64,000 bases of DNA, from the IMG/VR virus record IMGVR_UViG_3300033145_003233, positions 248,001 through 312,000 of that record. One strand, written 5' to 3'. The translations under genes were made by a program, and so were the position numbers. Positions 58,099-64,000 of this stretch are shown here, piece by piece. Under the pieces are notes generated by a model. That model worked only from the letters and a program-made list of their open reading frames with translations, made no database searches and was not told where the DNA came from. Numbering within the stretch: position 1 is the stretch's first letter; each line of letters begins with the position of its first letter.

Positions 58099-60093
58099 TT
58101 ATTTTTTCTTCCACTTTTTAAACTTTTTCTTTTTAAATACTATCTCTTCTCCCGTATCTTTGTCATAAAAGCCCCTGCAATCATCTTTTCTCCAGTTTCG
58201 ACAGCCAAGATACTCCCAATTTTTTTTACTTTTCTTTTTAATCAGCGGCTCATCACAGTTAGGGCAAACAAAATTACTTTCTTCTATTTCTATTTTTGGT
58301 TTTTCTTTTGGTTCGCCATCTTTAGAAATATCACATTTATAATCACATTTGATAGTTTTATTGGATCTATTGCTACAACTCAAAAACTCTCCCCATTTAC
58401 TATATTTTTTTAAGAGATTTGCTCCGCACTGAGGACATTTAAAATCAGTTTTACTATTCTCTTCTTTTTTCTCTTTCGATCTTTTAATATCTTCTTTTAA
58501 TCTATCCCAAAATTCTTGTAAAACATCTACCTTACAACAATCTCCCCTAGAGATACAATCAAGCTGGGTTTCTAAATTAGATGTGAATCCAAGGTCAACA
58601 AAGCAAAAATTTGCTCCCACCAAGAAATCGGAAACCCTAATCCCCATCTCTGTAGTATAGATTATATTTTTCTTCTTTTCGATGTAACCTCTTTTAAACA
58701 AAGTAGTTGGAATAGAAGCATATGTACTAGGGCGACCAATACCCCTCTTTTCAAGTTCTTTTGTAAGAGATGATTCACTATATCTTGGAGATGGAGAAGT
58801 GAATTTCTGCTCAGTTTTTACATTTATCAGTTTTAATTCTTCCCCAACGACAAATTCGGGCAAGACAGAAGTAGAAAAAGACCCATAATTCCATACTTTT
58901 TTCCATCCATCAAAAATCACTTTACTTCCATTTGCCCCGAAAATGTACTTCTCACACTCAAATTCTGCCGTTCCAACGAACTGAATTAGATTTGCCATCT
59001 GAGAGGCTACAGTCCGTTTCCAGACGATTTTATATAATTTGGCATTATCACCCCCAGATACGCTTTCTTCGGCTATATCGGTCACTCTGATGGCTTCATG
59101 AGCCTCCTGAGCAGTAGACTTATTGGCAAATACATTCTTCTTACTTGAAAGATATTTATCTCCATATTTAGTTGGAATTAGACATCTCATAGCTTGAACA
59201 AAATCAGGGACAATATATGTCGAATCGCTTCTTATATATGTGATAGATCCCTGCTCATAAAGAGATTGAGCCACCTGTGCTGTCTTCTTAGATCCCCATC
59301 CAAGAATAGAAGAAGCTGACTGATATAATGTCGAAGTAGTAAATGGAGGATAAGCTCTTGTAGATTTTTCTTTTGTCTCATATTTTGAAACTATCCATTT
59401 TTCCTTCTTCAACACATCAACAATGTCATTAGCTTGCTTTTCTGTTTTTATTTCTAATGGCTTAGGAACCTTAATATTAGCTATTACTCTTTCCCCATTG
59501 TTCCTTTCTAATTCTACTTCAATTGGCCAATATTCTTGTGGAACAAAATCCCTTATCTCTTTTTCTCTCTCTGCAAGAATTCTTAATGCCGCGCTTTGAA
59601 CTCTTCCAGCAGATGGACCACCAGTAGCTTGTTTTGTGGGGAAAGATGCCTTATACCCACACAACCTATCAAGTATTCTTCTACACTCATAGCTAGCAAC
59701 CATATCCATATCTAAATCACCAGCATTTTTAATTGCCTCTTGAACAGCACTTTTTGTAATAGAACCAGTCACTGCTCTTTTAATAGTTGTACCTTTAGGA
59801 ATATAACGAGAGATATGCCATGCAATTGCTTCTCCCTCTCTATCAAGATCAGACATAAGATATACTATCTCTGCCTTCTTAGCCTTATCTTTAATCTTTT
59901 TAATAGTATCTTGTTTATCAGAATTGATAGCATAAGTTGGTTTGAAATCATTTTTCAAATCAACGCTTAATTTCTTTTTAGGAAGATCTGCAACATGTCC
60001 CATAGACGCAATTACATCGTAATCTTTACCAAGATATTTCTTAATGTAACCAGTCTTTTTAGGAGACTCAACTATTACTAAGTATTTGGACAT
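58099..60093 (-). CDS. topA: Type IA DNA topoisomerase I
   Basis: IVESP, DLDREGE, SAGRVQS, ITYIRSDS, GIGRPSTY, C-terminal Zn ribbons. Confidence 0.97.
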   Translation of the reverse strand: MSKYLVIVESPKKTGYIKKYLGKDYDVIASMGHVADLPKKKLSVDLKNDFKPTYAINSDKQDTIKKIKDKAKKAEIVYLMSDLDREGEAIAWHISRYIPKGTTIKRAVTGSITKSAVQEAIKNAGDLDMDMVASYECRRILDRLCGYKASFPTKQATGGPSAGRVQSAALRILAEREKEIRDFVPQEYWPIEVELERNNGERVIANIKVPKPLEIKTEKQANDIVDVLKKEKWIVSKYETKEKSTRAYPPFTTSTLYQSASSILGWGSKKTAQVAQSLYEQGSITYIRSDSTYIVPDFVQAMRCLIPTKYGDKYLSSKKNVFANKSTAQEAHEAIRVTDIAEESVSGGDNAKLYKIVWKRTVASQMANLIQFVGTAEFECEKYIFGANGSKVIFDGWKKVWNYGSFSTSVLPEFVVGEELKLINVKTEQKFTSPSPRYSESSLTKELEKRGIGRPSTYASIPTTLFKRGYIEKKKNIIYTTEMGIRVSDFLVGANFCFVDLGFTSNLETQLDCISRGDCCKVDVLQEFWDRLKEDIKRSKEKKEENSKTDFKCPQCGANLLKKYSKWGEFLSCSNRSNKTIKCDYKCDISKDGEPKEKPKIEIEESNFVCPNCDEPLIKKKSKKNWEYLGCRNWRKDDCRGFYDKDTGEEIVFKKKKFKKWKKK

Positions 60094-61600
60094 GCGTTTT
60101 TTCTTTTAATCCTTCAGAAAATTCTTTTCTAATTTTTTTAGAAAGCTTATTACCTAATCCCATCTCTTCTTCCTTATCGACAATAAATTTCAAGATATTG
60201 TCACATATATCCTGTATTTCTTGTCTCTCATACCAACCCTTTTCTAGTCCCAGTTTTATTTCCTCTGATTCAGATAAAGAATTAGTTTCAAGATGATCTG
60301 GAAGATATAAAAAAAATAACATTTCTTTATTATGTAAAGGGAACTCGGGGCAATAACTCGATATAGTTTGTTCATGAACAAAATGATGGCAATGTAATTC
60401 TGGCCCTCTTTTATAACAAGTGGGAAATTTTATTCTATATAAATAATCACTATATCCTTTTATTGTAGCTATCTCTATAGTTTCACGACCACCATAATCT
60501 ATAGCCCATTCAAGATCGTTTTTAAATAAATCCTCAAATACCTTTATTAAAGCATATAATTCAAAATCCCTATAATCAATGTGAGAATAACAATGTTTTT
60601 TATTCATCACTTTATAATTTCTCAAAATTGCCGTTTCTCTCTTTATCTTTTTGGTTATTTCCTTTTTAACCTCATCAAAATTAGATGGTATAGAAGTAAA
60701 TGCTAAGTAAGGATCTTCTATATTAATACCTTCAAACATATTTCTATTTACAATAATATTTTTGTAGCCAGAATAATTAACAGATTTATGAACAGGTCTT
60801 TCTGCACAACCATATATATAATCAGACATATGAAATGATTCTATATGAGAAATATTTATATTATGTTCTCTTAAGGCTTTCTTTAAAGAAGACGGGGATT
60901 TAAAAGAATGTGACTCTATATTCAAACATAATTTTGTATTGATAGGAGCATTATGATATCCCTTTTGTCTAAAAAACTCTTCAAAATCATCCTCCTCAAT
61001 TTCTTCAAACTTCTCTATGAAATACTCTCTCCACTTTTTCTCCGCAAAATCATATGCTTGCCTATTAACAGAATCTTCTTCAGCATATTTATCTGGTCTA
61101 AGATATAACATTTTCTTATTTTTATATTCTTCTGTCCACAGAGAAAAATCCACAAATCCCACTTTTTTCATGATAGAAAGAATATTCCATGAATAATATC
61201 TTGAATCCTTAGTATAATTAGGAGAAATTCTAAAATATTTAGAAGCCCATCCTGTGAAAATATAAGAACTTTTCGAGAAGATGACTCTGCCAGAAGAATG
61301 ATTATCAACTAATTTCTTTTTTGTGGTAGGCCTCTGGTCCATCTCCCACAAGCCAGATAAAGTAGTCCCCCCGATATTATATGCCCATTGATATCTGCGA
61401 TAACTTAACCCTCCTATATTAATAACTTGATGAACATAGTCCATTACAGAAAAAATATGTTCTTCTAAACCAAAAACATAGTTACGATTTCTATAGTTAC
61501 GATCTTTAAAGTTCTCTATAAATATTATAGAAAATAATCTCTTATTAGGACATCGGGCTGGAAGATATATATCAGGAAGCTTACTTTTATATTCCATCAA
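60068..61600 (-). CDS. Hypothetical protein
   Basis: 510-aa ORF. Confidence 0.55.
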   Translation of the reverse strand: MMEYKSKLPDIYLPARCPNKRLFSIIFIENFKDRNYRNRNYVFGLEEHIFSVMDYVHQVINIGGLSYRRYQWAYNIGGTTLSGLWEMDQRPTTKKKLVDNHSSGRVIFSKSSYIFTGWASKYFRISPNYTKDSRYYSWNILSIMKKVGFVDFSLWTEEYKNKKMLYLRPDKYAEEDSVNRQAYDFAEKKWREYFIEKFEEIEEDDFEEFFRQKGYHNAPINTKLCLNIESHSFKSPSSLKKALREHNINISHIESFHMSDYIYGCAERPVHKSVNYSGYKNIIVNRNMFEGINIEDPYLAFTSIPSNFDEVKKEITKKIKRETAILRNYKVMNKKHCYSHIDYRDFELYALIKVFEDLFKNDLEWAIDYGGRETIEIATIKGYSDYLYRIKFPTCYKRGPELHCHHFVHEQTISSYCPEFPLHNKEMLFFLYLPDHLETNSLSESEEIKLGLEKGWYERQEIQDICDNILKFIVDKEEEMGLGNKLSKKIRKEFSEGLKEKTHVQILSNS

Positions 61601-61621
61601 AATAATCCCTCTTTCATCGAA

Positions 61622-61660
61622 AATGGCACGAGCACATCACAAAAACATGCCCGTGCCATT
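61622..61660 (-). terminator. Terminator-like hairpin
   Basis: AATGGCACGGGCATG...TGTGCTCGTGCCATT-TT. Confidence 0.6.
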
Positions 61661-61681
61661 GCCTGAGTGGTTTATAGGCTC

Positions 61682-61891
61682 TTATACAACAATCTCAGGT
61701 AAATCATAGAGTCTGGTAGCTCCTGGAGCAGATTGGATATATCCACCATACTCTCCTCGGCAAGCTACGACACCATCAATTCTACCCTTCCTCGCAAGAT
61801 CATATGCTCGTTTGCGAGAAATCCATTTGCCTCCTACTTTCCACTGAACAGTATGTCTCTTAACATCTGTTCCTCTTTTTTGTACCTTCAT
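61682..61891 (-). CDS. DUF3892-like small protein
   Basis: ISRKRAY.LA..G.I.GV...YIQS.P....LYDLP. Confidence 0.5.
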   Translation of the reverse strand: MKVQKRGTDVKRHTVQWKVGGKWISRKRAYDLARKGRIDGVVACRGEYGGYIQSAPGATRLYDLPEIVV

Positions 61892-61986
61892 AATTATTCT
61901 CCTGTTAAATACAAAATACGTCTTTTAGACATCAAAGCTATATTCTAACCTATTAGCTTTCACTTTCCAAATGTTTTTTAGGAATG

Positions 61987-62457
61987 TCAAGACTCCGAGG
62001 GGCAAATCATCACGTTTCGCGAAGGTGTTTCTTCTACTACTTCTTCTTCTTCTTTCTCCCATCCCCGTATCCCCGCCTTACCTGAAGCAACGCCCGCTAT
62101 GATACACCACGCATTTCTCTCCCTATGTGAACCCTTTATCCATTCTTTATCAGAAGCATTGCTTGTCAAACAAGGATCTCCTTTGACATTATATTTAGCG
62201 GTAAAAATGCCATTAATTCTCAACCTTTCGAATGCATGACGAAGAGAATCATTCTGACCTGGTATATCTAAATGTTTTGATAGAGAAAATAAATTAGCTT
62301 GCACTCCCTCTATAACAGATATGACACAAGCTATGCCAAGACACCCCTCCCAATCTGAATCTGATAATTGAGCGTACTCCTCAATTCCACAAATAGTTTT
62401 TAAAAGAGGCTCGTACCTTTTTAGTCCATTGAAATTTCTACTCATTCTTTCCCCCAT
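61987..62457 (-). CDS. Hypothetical protein
   Basis: ORF track. Confidence 0.5.
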   Translation of the reverse strand: MGERMSRNFNGLKRYEPLLKTICGIEEYAQLSDSDWEGCLGIACVISVIEGVQANLFSLSKHLDIPGQNDSLRHAFERLRINGIFTAKYNVKGDPCLTSNASDKEWIKGSHRERNAWCIIAGVASGKAGIRGWEKEEEEVVEETPSRNVMICPSES

Positions 62458-62484
62458 GGAAATTTAAATTTTACTATCGTTGAT

Positions 62485-63393
62485 CTAATCTATGGCAAGG
62501 TCTACTGGCAACATCGATAGAAACTTTTCATCCCTATTGATTACCCCCGCAACCGCCTCCATATAGAGCTTCCAAACTTTCTTCACATCTGGTTTATCGC
62601 GAAGAACAGATTTAGGACGCATCTCTTCTGCTTTTTTAACTACTTCATCATGAAGCACTTCAAGTTCTTCCTTAGTATATTTTCCAGCTCTAATATCCAA
62701 AAGTTCTTGAGCATTAGGCCTTGGAAAAGTCATCGTTCCAGTTTCCATTAATTCTGTAAGTTGTTGAACAAGACGAATAGAGTGAGCAGCACTTTTACGA
62801 CAGAAACCGTATTTTTCAATATCTGCTTTTCTCTTAGCTCCAAGTCCGGTCATAGAGGAGATACATTTCTTTTCATCTACAGAATTAAGAATGTCAATAA
62901 TTTGATCTATCTTTTCTTTCTTGAGCTGCCAATGACTACGAACATCATTAATAACTTCTTTTTTACTTTTATTAAATCTAGTAGAAACCAGTTTAACAGC
63001 CATAGCCTTACGCCATTCACCTGTACTATATCCCATAATCCTACCATAGATAGCATTACTGATGATATGTTCCTTTAACTCCATAATAACTTTTCCCAGA
63101 GGAGTCACAATCTTAATATGTTCAGTAGGCGCAAAAAATAATTCTGAGCATTGAGGATCTCCCTTAAGAACAAGCCTAATAAAAGCTAAAATGCTATAAA
63201 TCTTGGTGTCCCCTTCCATTTCTTGACTATCAAATTTCTTTACCCCAATAAGATAAGGAAAGGGAGGAGCTACAAACCCTCTTAGATCGTAATCTGACGT
63301 AGGAGTGGCCATGCCATAAAGATAGCTGCCAGACTCACAAAGGAAATCTGGGTTAGCTAAAGCAATTTGTAGTAATTCTTCGTCTTTTTTCAT
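62485..63393 (-). CDS. Pol-beta-superfamily nucleotidyltransferase (YcgL/RlaP-like)
   Basis: SGSYLYGMATPTSDYDLRG; KSAAHSIRL; LLDIRAG. Confidence 0.85.
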   Translation of the reverse strand: MKKDEELLQIALANPDFLCESGSYLYGMATPTSDYDLRGFVAPPFPYLIGVKKFDSQEMEGDTKIYSILAFIRLVLKGDPQCSELFFAPTEHIKIVTPLGKVIMELKEHIISNAIYGRIMGYSTGEWRKAMAVKLVSTRFNKSKKEVINDVRSHWQLKKEKIDQIIDILNSVDEKKCISSMTGLGAKRKADIEKYGFCRKSAAHSIRLVQQLTELMETGTMTFPRPNAQELLDIRAGKYTKEELEVLHDEVVKKAEEMRPKSVLRDKPDVKKVWKLYMEAVAGVINRDEKFLSMLPVDLAID

Positions 63394-63482
63394 TTTCTCT
63401 ATTTTCTTTAGGATACACTAAAATCTTTCACTTTCAACTACTTTTTAAAAAAAACATTTGTCTGGAAATTTAGATTATTATC

Positions 63483-63944
63483 TTATCCAAATATCTGACC
63501 TATTTCAGGTATCTCATCATCCATGATTTCCAGGATTAAAGTCCCCTCTTCTTCTTCATAAGTATTTTCACCTGGATAAACCGTGAAAACTACTTGCGTC
63601 TTCATCTCTATCTTATTGTACTTCAATTCTACATCTCTAATAGTATTCTCTATAGTAGGAGCATCAGTTACAGCAGACGCAAAAGTAAGTTTCTTTTTAG
63701 TCATCTGAACTTTATTTATTATAGAATAAATATCTGCCATAAATATCTTATTCCTTCTTTTCCTCTTTTTCTTCTTTGTTCTTTTCTTTCTAACATTTTT
63801 TACAACCTTCTTCTTACGTCTTGTAACAGCCTTTTTCTTAGTTTTTCTTTTTACAACTTTCTTCTTTTTCTGTTTCTTTAATTTTACACTCTTTTTTTTC
63901 ACTTTGATAGTTCTTTTTTTTATTTTTTTCTTAGTTTTTTTCAC
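63483..63944 (-). CDS. Protein with histone-like Lys/Arg-rich N-terminus
   Basis: About 65 N-terminal residues dominated by K/R; acidic C-terminus. Confidence 0.5.
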   Translation of the reverse strand: MKKTKKKIKKRTIKVKKKSVKLKKQKKKKVVKRKTKKKAVTRRKKKVVKNVRKKRTKKKKRKRRNKIFMADIYSIINKVQMTKKKLTFASAVTDAPTIENTIRDVELKYNKIEMKTQVVFTVYPGENTYEEEEGTLILEIMDDEIPEIGQIFG

Positions 63945-64000
63945 TCATACTCCCCCAGTCCTTCGCAGTTATCAGCCCTAGCAGACATTTTTTCAGCAAT

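Noticed and set aside
57141-58125. Target-site duplication around the HNH gene (topA end AAAAGTGGAAG versus HNH end AAAAGTGAAAA)
   Set aside because: Match is short and A-rich and coincides with the common promoter box, so it is not distinguishable from chance
1219-63881. Most other short plus-strand ORFs in the track
   Set aside because: They lie antisense to well-supported minus-strand genes and lack SDs or recognisable motifs
1-64000. Alternative genetic code (stop-codon reassignment seen in some huge phages)
   Set aside because: Conserved genes are full length under code 11, and TAA, TAG and TGA all act as terminal stops
1-64000. CRISPR array, rRNA or tRNA genes
   Set aside because: No regularly spaced repeat-spacer units and no rRNA seen; the only tRNA-like arm (11564-11592) belongs to the tmRNA

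Overview
AT-rich (~30% GC), densely coding, almost entirely minus-strand segment that reads as part of a huge (jumbo) phage genome using the standard genetic code. The host is inferred to be a Planctomycetota (Phycisphaerae-like) bacterium from a dockerin-type DxNxDGxVD..DF..F...WL motif, a PilC/GspF N-terminal-like protein, an FmdB zinc ribbon and a glycine-zipper lipoprotein. It encodes replication proteins (DnaX, HolA-like, beta clamp, SSB, TopA, RuvC-like), nucleotide metabolism (ThyX, dCMP deaminase, dNMP kinase, 5'-nucleotidase, NUDIX), three sigma factors, two DNA methyltransferases, four free-standing endonucleases, a tmRNA, a CCA-adding enzyme, a split two-component system and a Cys-rich paralog array. 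Main highlights: (1) an operon with PspA, a YjfI-like protein and a GluR0-type ligand-gated K+ channel; (2) an unassigned ~244-nt structured RNA with a kissing-loop pairing upstream of tmRNA; (3) a LAGLIDADG gene that splits a gene start and supplies a recoded copy with an ATT start; (4) two recurrent promoter classes; (5) a UAG-repeat leader and a uORF/SD-hairpin switch; (6) recurrent short peptide tags (RF[ED][LI][LM] and NW[YF]K). All family assignments come from motif recognition by eye; no database searches were run.
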